Position numbers and translations under genes: made by a program
Source: Candidatus Levyibacteriota bacterium
GTDB lineage: Bacteria > Patescibacteriota > Microgenomatia > Levybacterales > UBA12049
NCBI GenBank assembly: GCA_030651475.1
Contig: JAUSEW010000027.1
Coordinates: 173,614-237,613 of the forward strand
Reading direction: 5' to 3'
Length of the DNA stretch: 64,000 nt
The notes under the pieces: model-generated
What the model was told of the DNA's origin: nothing
The model's input: only the letters and a program-made list of their open reading frames with translations
Databases searched by the model: none
Shown: positions 52,348-62,088 of the stretch, piece after piece
Layout: every line of letters starts with the position of its first letter
Position numbering within the stretch: the stretch's first letter is position 1

Positions 52348-52429
52348 AAATTACGCGTGAATAAATTTTACCACAACAAACACTTCGTAGTATTATATCT
52401 AAAATACCCACATTAGACAATTACTACTT

Positions 52430-53092
52430 CTATTTTAGCTTGTTCTTGATGGCATCCAATATGCCTTTGGCTACATCTTTGCCGCCTAAACCGAAGGATA
52501 TTCCCCCGGCTATTGCAACCATTGCAACAAAACCGGTAAATAATATCCTGATTAGGTCTGTTGCAACTCCCAGCTGATTTAGAACTGCCAATATAACAAA
52601 TACATTAACAGCCCATTTGGAAACACCTGCGATTGTATTGGCTGTTTCCGACGAAACTGTTTTGGCAGACGCCAAAACTACATCGTGAGCGAGTTTGGCA
52701 AAGACAAATCCTACCAAGCCTATGATTGCCGCCACAAATACGTTTGGCAGATACATTAAAAACTCATTTAGAACCGTAAATACTCTTGATAGTCCCCATA
52801 CATCGACCGCTGGGATTAAGAAAAGTATAAATACGAACCATCTGGCTATTTCTGCCAAGATATTTGTCCATGTAAATTCTTCTTTTGCTTCCGGAACGCT
52901 GTATTTCCTAAGCAAGTTCTCAACTTTTAAGGCTTTGAGAACTCCAATAACCAATTGCTTAAGAAGGGACGAAACTATAATGCCGATAATGATAATGATG
53001 ACTCCGGTAAGAAGTTTTGGGACAAATATTGCAACTCCGACAATCCCGTTGTTAAGGGAGGATATTAAAGTCTGACCAATGTCATTACTCAT
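52430..53092 (-). CDS. CmpX-like protein / small mechanosensitive-channel TM-helix repeat protein
   Basis: Two P.L..(A/G).II..IG repeats and a GISFGLGG C-terminus; strong SD at 53097-53106. Confidence 0.8.
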   Translation of the reverse strand: MSNDIGQTLISSLNNGIVGVAIFVPKLLTGVIIIIIGIIVSSLLKQLVIGVLKALKVENLLRKYSVPEAKEEFTWTNILAEIARWFVFILFLIPAVDVWGLSRVFTVLNEFLMYLPNVFVAAIIGLVGFVFAKLAHDVVLASAKTVSSETANTIAGVSKWAVNVFVILAVLNQLGVATDLIRILFTGFVAMVAIAGGISFGLGGKDVAKGILDAIKNKLK

Positions 53093-53193
53093 TTTCTCAC
53101 CTCCTTTCGTTTTTAGCTAAATCCAGTGTACGCAGGTTTTTCACGCCTTGTCAAGCAAAAGGTTTTGTTGATATAATTGATAAGTTTAAATAC

Positions 53194-53265
53194 GGTCCGG
53201 TAGCTCAGTGGTAGAGCAGGAGCCTTTTAAGCTCTTGGTCCTGGGTTCGAATCCCAGCCGGATCA
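53194..53265 (+). tRNA. tRNA-Lys(TTT)
   Basis: Cloverleaf; anticodon arm GGAGC-CTTTTAA-GCTCT; GGTTCGAATCC T-arm. Confidence 0.94.
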
Positions 53266-53299
53266 CTGCGTCGTTTTGCTCCTCCCCTTCGGCTAATTC

Positions 53300-54289
53300 T
53301 TAAGGTAAGAATTTAAGCGCGTTAGGAAGATTGGGGGATATATAGGTGGTTATTGTATCTCGCAATTCTTTGAGAGATTTCGATAACATTATTTTTTCCC
53401 GTAAGGAAACTGCGCCGGAAAAATTATTGACATACGTCTTGCAAAATTTTTTCAAAGTAGCAGGATTCTTGCTTTCTCCCCATGTTTTTGAAAATAAATC
53501 AATGTGTTTTAGATAAAGATTTAATCTTTCTTTGACCACAATATCTTCAAGCTTCACCGAAGAATTAAATAACCAAGGATTTGCGAAAATTCCCGTACCG
53601 ATCATATAACCATCGCATCCATATAGCTTATGTTTTTCCTTAACTTCTGCAAGAGACTTAATATCGCCATTCCCTATGATGAAAGTTTTCGGAGCAATTT
53701 TATTTCTTAATTCCATAATCTTCGGCATCAACTCCCAATGGGCCGGTACTTTGGATAATTCCCGTACGGTTCGTAAATGAATACTAATCGCAGATAAATC
53801 TTGCTTAAGGAGAAAACCAATCCATTCTTCGATGTCTTCAGCATGAAAACCTATGCGCGTTTTGACACTTACAGGCAGTCCGTCTGCGCCTTTCTTGGCC
53901 GCCTGAATAATTTTTTGGGCAAGATTTGGATTTTTGATTAATCCGGCACAAGCTCCATCCCTAATAACTGCTCTGTCCGGACAGCCCATATTTATATCTA
54001 TTCCTGCAAAACCAAGTTTTCTTATATATTGCGCAACTTTACGAAAACTGTCCGGCTTAACTCCCCAAATTTGCGCGACAATAGGCTGTTCATTGCGAAC
54101 ATATTTCAAACGTTCTGCTACTACCTTTTTCCCTGCAGATAATAATCCTTCGCAATTTACGAATTCGGTAAAAAACACATCGGGCCGTCCGATACTATTA
54201 ATTATTTGGCGGAAAACCGTATCGGTTACTCCGTCCATCGGCGCCAAAACAGTAAAAGGTTTAGAAAGCTTCTTCCAAAAATTTCCCAT
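53300..54289 (-). CDS. tRNA-dihydrouridine synthase
   Basis: LAPMDGVTD, IDINMGCP, VSVKTRIG, H.RT, GNGDI. Confidence 0.93.
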   Translation of the reverse strand: MGNFWKKLSKPFTVLAPMDGVTDTVFRQIINSIGRPDVFFTEFVNCEGLLSAGKKVVAERLKYVRNEQPIVAQIWGVKPDSFRKVAQYIRKLGFAGIDINMGCPDRAVIRDGACAGLIKNPNLAQKIIQAAKKGADGLPVSVKTRIGFHAEDIEEWIGFLLKQDLSAISIHLRTVRELSKVPAHWELMPKIMELRNKIAPKTFIIGNGDIKSLAEVKEKHKLYGCDGYMIGTGIFANPWLFNSSVKLEDIVVKERLNLYLKHIDLFSKTWGESKNPATLKKFCKTYVNNFSGAVSLREKIMLSKSLKELRDTITTYISPNLPNALKFLP

Positions 54290-54294
54290 ACTTC

Positions 54295-54306
54295 GTAGTA
54301 TACTAC
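54295..54306. promoter_or_regulatory. Palindrome GTAGTATACTAC giving a TATACT -10 box on both strands
   Basis: Lies in the 28-bp gap between divergent ATGs at 54289 and 54318. Confidence 0.55.
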
Positions 54307-54317
54307 TTATAGTATCT

Positions 54318-55835
54318 ATGAGATTTATTGATAATTTCCTGGACAGAATAACCATGTACCGCCTGGTACTATATTATCTCATCGCGCTTCTTTTTAACGC
54401 CGCTGTGCTTAGTCTTTTCGGAATTCTATCTTTCTCTGTATTCTCAATTATTTTTTCGGTAGCAATTCTTGTAACCGTATCCTGGATAACCAATAAAATA
54501 TTTGCCAAAATATTTAATGCGCCGACCAATGTTGAATCCGTTTATATCTCTGCCCTTATCCTGACGCTTATCATCACCCCCAGTCAATCCATTCAAGGAG
54601 CTGCATATCTAGGGCTGGCTGGAGTTTTGGCAATGGCGTCAAAATATATTCTGGCAATTAATAAAAAACATATCTTTAATCCAGTGGCAATTGCGGTTTT
54701 CTTAACAGCAGTAGGAACTAACCAATTCGCTTCTTGGTGGGTAGGAAGCTTCGCGATGATACCTTTAACTATTTTAGGAGGATTTCTTATTCTTAAAAAA
54801 GTTCAAAAGGTAAATCTTGCTTTTAGTTTTTTGGCAACGACACTTTTCGTAATCATTACTTTTGCCATTTTTAACGGGAGTAATCTGCTTGCAATTCTTA
54901 ATCAAGCGCTTTTGCATTCAGCGCTTCTTTTCTTTGCATTTGTGATGCTTATTGAACCTTCAACAACTCCTCCGACAAAAGGATTACAGGTTTGGTATGG
55001 AATTATGGTGGGATTATTGTTTTCTCCGCAAGTACATTTCGGAAGCTTGTATTTCACCCCTGAAATGGCATTACTAACTGGCAATATTTTTTCTTACATT
55101 GTCAGCCCCAAACAAAAACTTATTCTTTTCCTTAAAGAAAAAATTCAAATTGCTCCTGATATTTTTGATTTCGTATTTACGCCAAAAAAGAAACTCTCGT
55201 TTGTACCCGGACAGTATGCGGAATGGACATTTGAACATTCGCGCACCGATTCAAGAGGAAACAGAAGATACTTTACCATAGCGTCTTCACCTACGGAAAA
55301 TGATTTGAGATTCGGACTAAAGTTTTATGCCCAAGGAAGCAGTTTCAAGAACGCACTGGTAAATATTAAACCTAATACTCCTGTAGTTGCCTCACAACTT
55401 GCTGGCGATTTCACTTTGCCAAAAGACCCGAAACAAAAACTTGTTTTTATAGCCGGCGGGATTGGAATAACTCCATTCCGAAGTATAATCAAATATCTTA
55501 TTGATGTTCACGAAAAACGTGATATTGTCCTTTTGTATTCAGATAAGCAAGTTTCAGAGATCGTTTACAAAGACGTTTTCGACCAAGCGCAAATGGAGCT
55601 TGGGATAAAAACAATTTATGCTTTAACAAGTGAAAATTTGCTCCCGCAAGGTTGGCTGGGAAAAGTCGGAAGAATAGATGGGGAAATGATACGAGGGGAA
55701 ATACCTGATTTTCAGGAACGGATGTTCTACTTGTCCGGTCCGCATTCAATGGTTAACGCGTTTGAAAAAACTTTACTCGATATGGGAATTTTCAAAAGTA
55801 AAATAAAAACCGATTTTTTCCCCGGCTACGCATAG
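54318..55835 (+). CDS. RnfD/NqrB-like membrane domain fused to a ferredoxin-reductase-type FAD/NAD(P)H domain
   Basis: Multi-TM N-half with KHIFNP and EPSTTP; C-half has FVPGQY, RYFTIASSP, FIAGGIGITPFRS, YLSGP and DFFPGY. Start set at ATG 54318. Confidence 0.85.
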   Translation: MRFIDNFLDRITMYRLVLYYLIALLFNAAVLSLFGILSFSVFSIIFSVAILVTVSWITNKIFAKIFNAPTNVESVYISALILTLIITPSQSIQGAAYLGLAGVLAMASKYILAINKKHIFNPVAIAVFLTAVGTNQFASWWVGSFAMIPLTILGGFLILKKVQKVNLAFSFLATTLFVIITFAIFNGSNLLAILNQALLHSALLFFAFVMLIEPSTTPPTKGLQVWYGIMVGLLFSPQVHFGSLYFTPEMALLTGNIFSYIVSPKQKLILFLKEKIQIAPDIFDFVFTPKKKLSFVPGQYAEWTFEHSRTDSRGNRRYFTIASSPTENDLRFGLKFYAQGSSFKNALVNIKPNTPVVASQLAGDFTLPKDPKQKLVFIAGGIGITPFRSIIKYLIDVHEKRDIVLLYSDKQVSEIVYKDVFDQAQMELGIKTIYALTSENLLPQGWLGKVGRIDGEMIRGEIPDFQERMFYLSGPHSMVNAFEKTLLDMGIFKSKIKTDFFPGYA

Positions 55836-55849
55836 TTCTACTATGGAAT

Positions 55850-56479
55850 TTATTCAAGAGAAATATCAATACCTCTTAAAAGATCGTTGAATTTGTCTTT
55901 AGCTATTTTTTCCCGCTCTTTTTCGTCTGGAGCCAATTTTATTGGCAAATCACTACCCACCTCAAAGAACTTAAAGGTTCTTAAAAAAGCAGGATGTGCT
56001 TCGGGAGTTACATGGGATTGGATGTTGCCTTCTACGACTTGCAATATTGTTATCTTCATCTCCCTAATCCTTTTCATGAATTCTTCTTGCGTCATTGGCG
56101 GCTTAAGCATTCCTTTTCTTGAAAATCCCTTTGGCAAAAAAGGTGATTTAGTTCTATCACGCATCCAAGCAAAAACAACTAAAGCGTGACGAGTTGCTTC
56201 TCTTGTCTCCAAATCAACATCTGTATGGGATTGCTTTTGATCATCGTAGAGAACGGCTGATCCTTCTTCTGCTCTCGTTAGGTAAGATTGAAAAGTGTAG
56301 TCACGAAAATATTCTTTTGCTGGCCCAGGCTTACGAATTACACCTTTATTAAAAAGTTCTAGGAGAGCATTCGTCTGTTTTACAACAATCCAAGGAGATT
56401 TCTCAAACTCCCTATAACCAATTATTGGCTGAAACTCCGGGGATTGAGGCGCAGAAAATCTTCTTTCAAATTCTAGCAT
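55850..56479 (-). CDS. Hypothetical (orphan) protein
   Basis: 209-aa ORF; TTGACA-17-TAGTAT upstream. Confidence 0.7.
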   Translation of the reverse strand: MLEFERRFSAPQSPEFQPIIGYREFEKSPWIVVKQTNALLELFNKGVIRKPGPAKEYFRDYTFQSYLTRAEEGSAVLYDDQKQSHTDVDLETREATRHALVVFAWMRDRTKSPFLPKGFSRKGMLKPPMTQEEFMKRIREMKITILQVVEGNIQSHVTPEAHPAFLRTFKFFEVGSDLPIKLAPDEKEREKIAKDKFNDLLRGIDISLE

Positions 56480-56581
56480 ATTGTTTTAACAACGTGCCTT
56501 ATGTATTGCGCAATACTATATTATAAAAAATTATCTGTCAAGGTAAAAACTTCGGAAAAAACCGCATGGCGGAAATGTAAT

Positions 56582-57178
56582 TTATTTCGTAAAACTATCT
56601 GATCCTACAACCATAGTTTTAAATTCCGTTAGAGTGTCTATTGCCCCGCTAAGAGACCTAAACCCAACTACGCTTGATCGAACCGGATCAATTTGAGATA
56701 TTCCCCTGATAGGTAACTCTCTAGGCCCCTCCGGGAATTTCCCCCTTCTCCACAAAGGATTTGAATTTTCATTAAACGCCAAAGTTGCAGATGCCAGGAC
56801 TTCCCCTCCCAATGCGACAAGCGGAATTATAGTCCAGCCAATTCTTGAAAGCGGAACTTTAGAGGCTATTATGCCAAATTCCACTTTATTCCTTTTGCTT
56901 TCGTCCATATACCATCGTTCTTCTTCTCTCGGATTTTGCCAGTGGATGGAAGTTGTTCCCGAAGGCCACATTTTTATTTCTATTGCCAAATCTCCATAAG
57001 AACCACTCCATTTCAGGCAACATTGATTAGATTCGCTCCTTTGGATGTATTTCTTGCCGAGACCGAATAATTTTCTAGACAAAAACTGACCTGTTGGTAA
57101 AATATCCTGATTGCTTATCTGTTCTTTTAAGCGATAGTCTTCTATATATACTATCTTATTTCCTGCTGTTTCTACCAT
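56582..57178 (-). CDS. Hypothetical (orphan) protein
   Basis: Long ORF; start moved to ATG 57178 to avoid overlap. Confidence 0.6.
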   Translation of the reverse strand: MVETAGNKIVYIEDYRLKEQISNQDILPTGQFLSRKLFGLGKKYIQRSESNQCCLKWSGSYGDLAIEIKMWPSGTTSIHWQNPREEERWYMDESKRNKVEFGIIASKVPLSRIGWTIIPLVALGGEVLASATLAFNENSNPLWRRGKFPEGPRELPIRGISQIDPVRSSVVGFRSLSGAIDTLTEFKTMVVGSDSFTK

Positions 57179-57194
57179 AGGCGTTAAATTGGAT

Positions 57195-57803
57195 TTATAC
57201 TTGCGGGGCTTTATTTGTATCTGTTTGCTTCCATAACCTAAAAATCCTACTGGCAAGTGTCCTACTTTGTTCACCCGTAAAAACACTCTCGCCTAAAGGC
57301 CGTACTTTTATATCTGGGCGTATTTTTTCTCCGGTTGCATACGACACGTGTTCGTCTTTATTGTAGCTTGGCGGATAAACAATCATACGATTAATAGCAA
57401 TTACCACTTTATTTTCTCCTTCAGGACGCTTCGTAGCAACAACTTCGCTTAAGAAAGACTCTGTAGTTTCCGAACGTACAGCCTCACGTTCACGTTCCGG
57501 AAGTGCTTCCCATTTAGGACAAATATATACATTGGCTTCTTTGGTTCTATGGTATTTTTGTAAATATATAGCATGCCTGCTTTCTTCGTCCACTAGATAT
57601 GGCGTCCTTATCGCAGGACCCTCTTGAGTCCTTTCCATTAGGGCAATCATGCTATGTACGAAGTATTCGAAATCAAGAGGAGTGAGTTCTGTTTTCCTAA
57701 GTAAAATTATGCAATCTGCTTCTAATCTTTCCTTGGCCCTTCCAGTTGCCGGCTCAAAACGCATAGCGGATGGCCCCCGCCTAATCTCTGCTGAAGTTGT
57801 CAT
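57195..57803 (-). CDS. Hypothetical (orphan) protein
   Basis: 202-aa ORF; TTGACT -35 upstream. Confidence 0.65.
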   Translation of the reverse strand: MTTSAEIRRGPSAMRFEPATGRAKERLEADCIILLRKTELTPLDFEYFVHSMIALMERTQEGPAIRTPYLVDEESRHAIYLQKYHRTKEANVYICPKWEALPEREREAVRSETTESFLSEVVATKRPEGENKVVIAINRMIVYPPSYNKDEHVSYATGEKIRPDIKVRPLGESVFTGEQSRTLASRIFRLWKQTDTNKAPQV

Positions 57804-57883
57804 GGGTGGATTTAATCACAATATAGGCCAAAAGTCAATGAATGGGTTGAAATGATACTTTGGATTTGGTACGATTTCAATAT

Positions 57884-58288
57884 ATGAAAACCGTACTAAG
57901 AAGTATATTCTTTTACTCTTTTTCTTTATTTCTTCTTACTCAAATTATGCAGGGCGTAAGGGTTTCGGGTGATATTACGTCATATATTCTCGGCGGATTT
58001 TTGCTCTTTATTCTGTTTACGATACTAAGACCGATTCTAAATATCATTTCTTTCCCTTTTAATTTAGTAACTTTAGGCATGTTTTCATTTCTAGTAAATG
58101 TAATTATTCTTTATATTCTGACTATTTTTGTTGCCAACATCTCAATTACTTCATTTCTTTTTAAAGGTCTTTCCTTCGCTGGATTCACTATTCCTAAGGT
58201 ATTTATCAGCACATTTTTCGCCTACGTCCTTGCCTCATTTTTCCTATCTGCTATAATAGGTTTCCTAACATGGATAACAAAAAAATAG
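57884..58288 (+). CDS. YvlD / 4-TMS holin-like membrane protein
   Basis: RPIL..ISFP.NLVTLG.FSFLVN motif; sits before yvcK. Confidence 0.82.
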   Translation: MKTVLRSIFFYSFSLFLLTQIMQGVRVSGDITSYILGGFLLFILFTILRPILNIISFPFNLVTLGMFSFLVNVIILYILTIFVANISITSFLFKGLSFAGFTIPKVFISTFFAYVLASFFLSAIIGFLTWITKK

Positions 58289-59223
58289 TTTGTCTTGGCG
58301 GCGGAATCGGAACTGCCAATCTCATAAAAGGCCTGAAAAAACATTATAAGAATATTACGGTTGTGGTGGCAATGACAGACGACGGCGGATCAGCAGGAAG
58401 ACTTAGAAGATTTTACAGAATTCCGCCTCCCGGAGATTTAGTAAGCTGTATTGCTTCTATGTCAAATGAGGACAAAATAATGAAAGACCTCTTAACTTTC
58501 AGATTCCCTGGAGATAGATATGGCGCAGACGGTGATTTGCCAGGACATAAATTCGGAAACCTGATGCTTGTAGCATTAACTGCGGTAATGGGGGATTTCG
58601 GCAAAGCAGTAAGTGAAATGCAGAGAATTTTTAAAGTAACCGGCAGAATTTTTCCTTCTTCTTCGGAAAGCGTTTCTATTTGGGCGCTTACGTCAACCGG
58701 GCAAAAAGTAGAAAGAGAAGAAAATATAGATTTAGGCAGATTTACGGGAAAAATAGAAAAACTTTACCTTCGGCCTGAAAATCCAAGCGCGCCGAAAGAA
58801 GTGGTTGATGCGATTCTGGATGCGGATGTTGTAATCGGGGGGCCGGGCGACTTATACACAACTGTTCTTCCTGTACTTTTGGTTCCGGATATCATAAAAG
58901 CAATTAATAAATCCAAAGCAAAGAAAATATTTATAGTTAATGTTGCCAATAAGAGTTTCGAAACTCCATCCTATGAAATAAAAGATTTCGTTGCCGCTAT
59001 AGTAAAACATTGTAAGTCCAACGTTTTTGATTATTTTCTGGTAAACAGCAATACTAAGCCAAAAATCCCGCAAAAATTCTCCCGCCAATACGATTATGTA
59101 AAATCAGATAATGCAAAAACAGGTTCCGACATTAAGATAGTTAAGCAAGATTTGGTGGATGAAAAATTTCCCATTTATCATGATTCCGACAAACTTGCAA
59201 AGGCACTAACCGAGATTATATAA
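58270..59223 (+). CDS. yvcK: YvcK/GlmR family (UPF0052) protein
   Basis: GGGIG, DDGGSAGRLR, PPGD, GHKFGNL, GPGDLYT, HDSDKLA. Confidence 0.93.
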   Translation: MDNKKIVCLGGGIGTANLIKGLKKHYKNITVVVAMTDDGGSAGRLRRFYRIPPPGDLVSCIASMSNEDKIMKDLLTFRFPGDRYGADGDLPGHKFGNLMLVALTAVMGDFGKAVSEMQRIFKVTGRIFPSSSESVSIWALTSTGQKVEREENIDLGRFTGKIEKLYLRPENPSAPKEVVDAILDADVVIGGPGDLYTTVLPVLLVPDIIKAINKSKAKKIFIVNVANKSFETPSYEIKDFVAAIVKHCKSNVFDYFLVNSNTKPKIPQKFSRQYDYVKSDNAKTGSDIKIVKQDLVDEKFPIYHDSDKLAKALTEII

Positions 59224-59230
59224 TAGTATA

Positions 59231-59446
59231 ATGATTTTTATCATTCTGGAAATCATAGTATCAGCGCTTCTTATCGGTGTTATTCTTATTCAGATGCAAG
59301 GAAGCGGTTTATCGTCTGCTTTCGGCGGGGGAGAAGGACAATTTTATCGAAGTAAGCAAAGCATTGAGAAACTGCTTGTCGCTGTAACGATTACTTTATC
59401 AATCCTTTTTGCTGTTTTATCAGTAATTCTGCTTATCCCCCGATAA
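59231..59446 (+). CDS. secG: Preprotein translocase subunit SecG
   Basis: LIGVILIQ..GSGLSSAFGG...EKLL...T. Confidence 0.9.
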   Translation: MIFIILEIIVSALLIGVILIQMQGSGLSSAFGGGEGQFYRSKQSIEKLLVAVTITLSILFAVLSVILLIPR

Positions 59447-59453
59447 TTCAACT

Positions 59454-60815
59454 ATGATTGCTATAAGACGCAGGCTTATATTCTGGCTTTTTAAAGCATA
59501 TTTAAGAAGATGGGGCAAAATTATCTTGATCTATTTTGCTCTTGGGCTTTTGGTTTTTTTCGTTCTAAGATCGATTCTCGGATTTGCCATAAACGAAATC
59601 ACCCTTGCTAGAAAATCGACAATCGGAATTGTCGGAGCCTACACCATAGATGATCTTCCCCCTTCAATTCTTTATAAAATTTCAAGCGGACTGACATCTG
59701 TCGGAGACGACGGGGCACCTGTTTCTTCAATTGCGAAAAACTGGAAAATTGAGAATAATGATAAAACGTATACGTTTTATCTAAAAAAGGATATCGTTTT
59801 TAGCGACAATATTGCTCTTACTTCTGACCTGATAAACTATTCTTTTTCCGACGTTTCCATTCAAAGACCTGACAAGCATACAATTGTATTTACTCTTAAA
59901 AATAGTTATTCTCCGTTTCTTGTTACGGTTTCAAGACCGATTTTCAAAAGCGGGTTTATAGGAGTAGGGGATTACAAGATAGATAATCTGAAATTAAACG
60001 GGAATTTCGTAGAGTCGATTCGCTTGGTAGCTGTCAAAAATCCGAAAGATATAATTTCCTACCAATTTTACCCAACGCAAGATTCTCTAAAGACAGCCTT
60101 TGTTCTTTCGGAAATATCCAAGATTGCAAGCCTTGAGGATGTGAATTTCAAAAACACCAACTTTTATTTCTTTAGAAACGTTAGCGTTGTAAAGTCAACA
60201 AACTACCATAAGCTTGTCACTTTATTTTACAACACCAATGATAAAGATCTTTCTTCAAAAACCCTACGAGAATCTCTCTCGTATTCAATTCCCGATAGTT
60301 TTTCGCAAGGCCAAAAAAGCAATGGGTCCTTTTCTCCTTTGTCTTTCGCAAATGTTCCGGGCCAGGATTTATACCAACAGGACTTGGAACACGCAAAAAC
60401 TTTGCTTGATAAATACAAGGAATCGGCATCGCAAAGCGCTAAATTGTCCATAACGCTGTTAACTCTTCCCAAATACAAAAAAACCGCCGAAAATATTTCT
60501 TCTATTTGGAAAGGCATAGGCATTGAAACCGATATAAAAATTGTTAATGAAGTACCTTCTGATTTCCAAGTATTTTTGGGAGACTTTAATTTATCCAAAG
60601 ATCCTGACCAATATCCTCTTTGGCACTCTAGCCAAATTAGCAACATCACTCATTATAACAATTTAAGAATTGACAAAATCCTTGAAGATGGAAGACAGAC
60701 AACAGATATAGAGAAACGAAAAACTATTTATGCTGATTTTCAAAAATATATATTTTCCGATCCGCCCGCATCCTTCCTCTATTTTCCATACGTTTACGAA
60801 GTTACGAGGAAATAA
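59454..60815 (+). CDS. Family 5 ABC transporter substrate-binding protein
   Basis: GL......P...IA..W......YTF.LK, DPDQYPLWHS, D.PASFLY. Confidence 0.85.
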   Translation: MIAIRRRLIFWLFKAYLRRWGKIILIYFALGLLVFFVLRSILGFAINEITLARKSTIGIVGAYTIDDLPPSILYKISSGLTSVGDDGAPVSSIAKNWKIENNDKTYTFYLKKDIVFSDNIALTSDLINYSFSDVSIQRPDKHTIVFTLKNSYSPFLVTVSRPIFKSGFIGVGDYKIDNLKLNGNFVESIRLVAVKNPKDIISYQFYPTQDSLKTAFVLSEISKIASLEDVNFKNTNFYFFRNVSVVKSTNYHKLVTLFYNTNDKDLSSKTLRESLSYSIPDSFSQGQKSNGSFSPLSFANVPGQDLYQQDLEHAKTLLDKYKESASQSAKLSITLLTLPKYKKTAENISSIWKGIGIETDIKIVNEVPSDFQVFLGDFNLSKDPDQYPLWHSSQISNITHYNNLRIDKILEDGRQTTDIEKRKTIYADFQKYIFSDPPASFLYFPYVYEVTRK

Positions 60816-62088
60816 AACTTTTTGACCGTAATTTTTTATGGTAGGTAATGGCGAAACGGTGGGCTTCATCGCGAATTTCCATCATCAGTTTTAAAGCCCC
60901 TGAATCCTTCGGCAGAATTATTTCTTTAAAAGAAGATGTTATAATCGTTTCTTCTTTTTTGGCAAGTCCGACAACAGGAATTTTAATATTATTTTCATTA
61001 AGCGCTTTCAATGCCGATGAAACCTGGCCTTTCCCTCCATCCACAATAATTAAATTTGGGAAAGACCACTCTTTATGCTGAATTCTTCTTCGAAGAACTT
61101 CTTCCATCATCGAAAAATCATCCGGCAAAATGTAATTATTTTTTATTCTAAATTTTCTATATAAAGACTTATCTTTCCTGCCGTTTACGAAAACCGCCAT
61201 TGACCCTACTGCGAATTTTCCTGAAATATTTGAAATATCAAAACATTCAATCCTATGAAGATCTGCGACATTTATCCCGTAAGATCGAAAAGTAATTTTC
61301 AAAGAATCTACACTAGATTTTTCCAAGTCTTCCTTCGTATTTGGATCGATATCCTGATCGAACCGTAGAGAATACGAATGGGTAATTAATTCTATGGCGT
61401 TAATTTTTTGCTGAATTAAATTCGCTTTTTCAAATTCTTCTTTTTTGCTTAAAACGCTTCTTTCCTTTTTAAGATCACTTATAACTTTTTTTGTTTTGCC
61501 GCTAAGAAATGCTACTAAGTGCTTTATATTTTTCTTATATTCTTTTTTAAACTCCAATGAATCGAAAACGCCAGGGCAAGGACAAAGTCCAAGATGATGA
61601 TATAAACAAATTCCTTTTCCGTGGTTGGGAACGGATTGGAACGGGAAAATTTTTCTTATAATTCTAATAACAATCCTCATTGGTTTTGCTTGAGGATACG
61701 GGCCGAAATATAAGGAGTTTTTATCATCAGTTTTTCTGGCAATTAAAACTTTAGGATATTTATCTTTTATGGTAATTCTTATTAAAGGGTATGCTTTGCC
61801 GTCTGCCAATTTGACATTAAATTTCGGTTTGTATTTTTTTATATAATTTGCTTCCAGGAGAAACGCCTCTATTTCTGAAGACGTTTGGACTGTTTTTATT
61901 TTAGAAGCCTCGGAAATAAGAAGTTTGGTTTTCTCTAAGATGCGGGTGGCATTCGTGAAGTAATTGCTGACTCTTTTTTTTAGATTTTTCGCCTTTCCCA
62001 CATACAAAACATCACCTTTCCTGTTCAAGAAAAGGTATATGCCTGGACCTGATGATAATAATAAGCGTGATTGCGATAATAATAACAA
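60802..62088 (-). CDS. uvrC: Excinuclease ABC subunit C (short; no C-terminal HhH); start uncertain
   Basis: GIY...YVGKAKNL..R, UVR domain, RIECFDISN, DGGKGQ, RDEAHRFA. Confidence 0.9.
   Translation of the reverse strand: MLLLSQSRLLLSSGPGIYLFLNRKGDVLYVGKAKNLKKRVSNYFTNATRILEKTKLLISEASKIKTVQTSSEIEAFLLEANYIKKYKPKFNVKLADGKAYPLIRITIKDKYPKVLIARKTDDKNSLYFGPYPQAKPMRIVIRIIRKIFPFQSVPNHGKGICLYHHLGLCPCPGVFDSLEFKKEYKKNIKHLVAFLSGKTKKVISDLKKERSVLSKKEEFEKANLIQQKINAIELITHSYSLRFDQDIDPNTKEDLEKSSVDSLKITFRSYGINVADLHRIECFDISNISGKFAVGSMAVFVNGRKDKSLYRKFRIKNNYILPDDFSMMEEVLRRRIQHKEWSFPNLIIVDGGKGQVSSALKALNENNIKIPVVGLAKKEETIITSSFKEIILPKDSGALKLMMEIRDEAHRFAITYHKKLRSKSFISS

Noticed and set aside
52274-53265. tRNA-anchored integrative element between tRNA-Glu and tRNA-Lys, or at the other tRNAs
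   Set aside because: I saw no integrase and no duplicated tRNA 3' end.
53934-54355. Apparent 420-bp head-to-head overlap between dus and the oxidoreductase
   Set aside because: Artefact of longest-ORF calling; plausible ATGs at 54289 (-) and 54318 (+) remove the overlap.
56562-56572. CCGC-ATG-GCGG mini-hairpin as another repeat family
   Set aside because: The stem is only 4 bp and I noticed a single copy; it could be chance or part of a terminator.
57884-58288. Holin-family gene as evidence of a prophage
   Set aside because: This is a YvlD-like protein in yvcK-secG housekeeping context, with no phage genes nearby.
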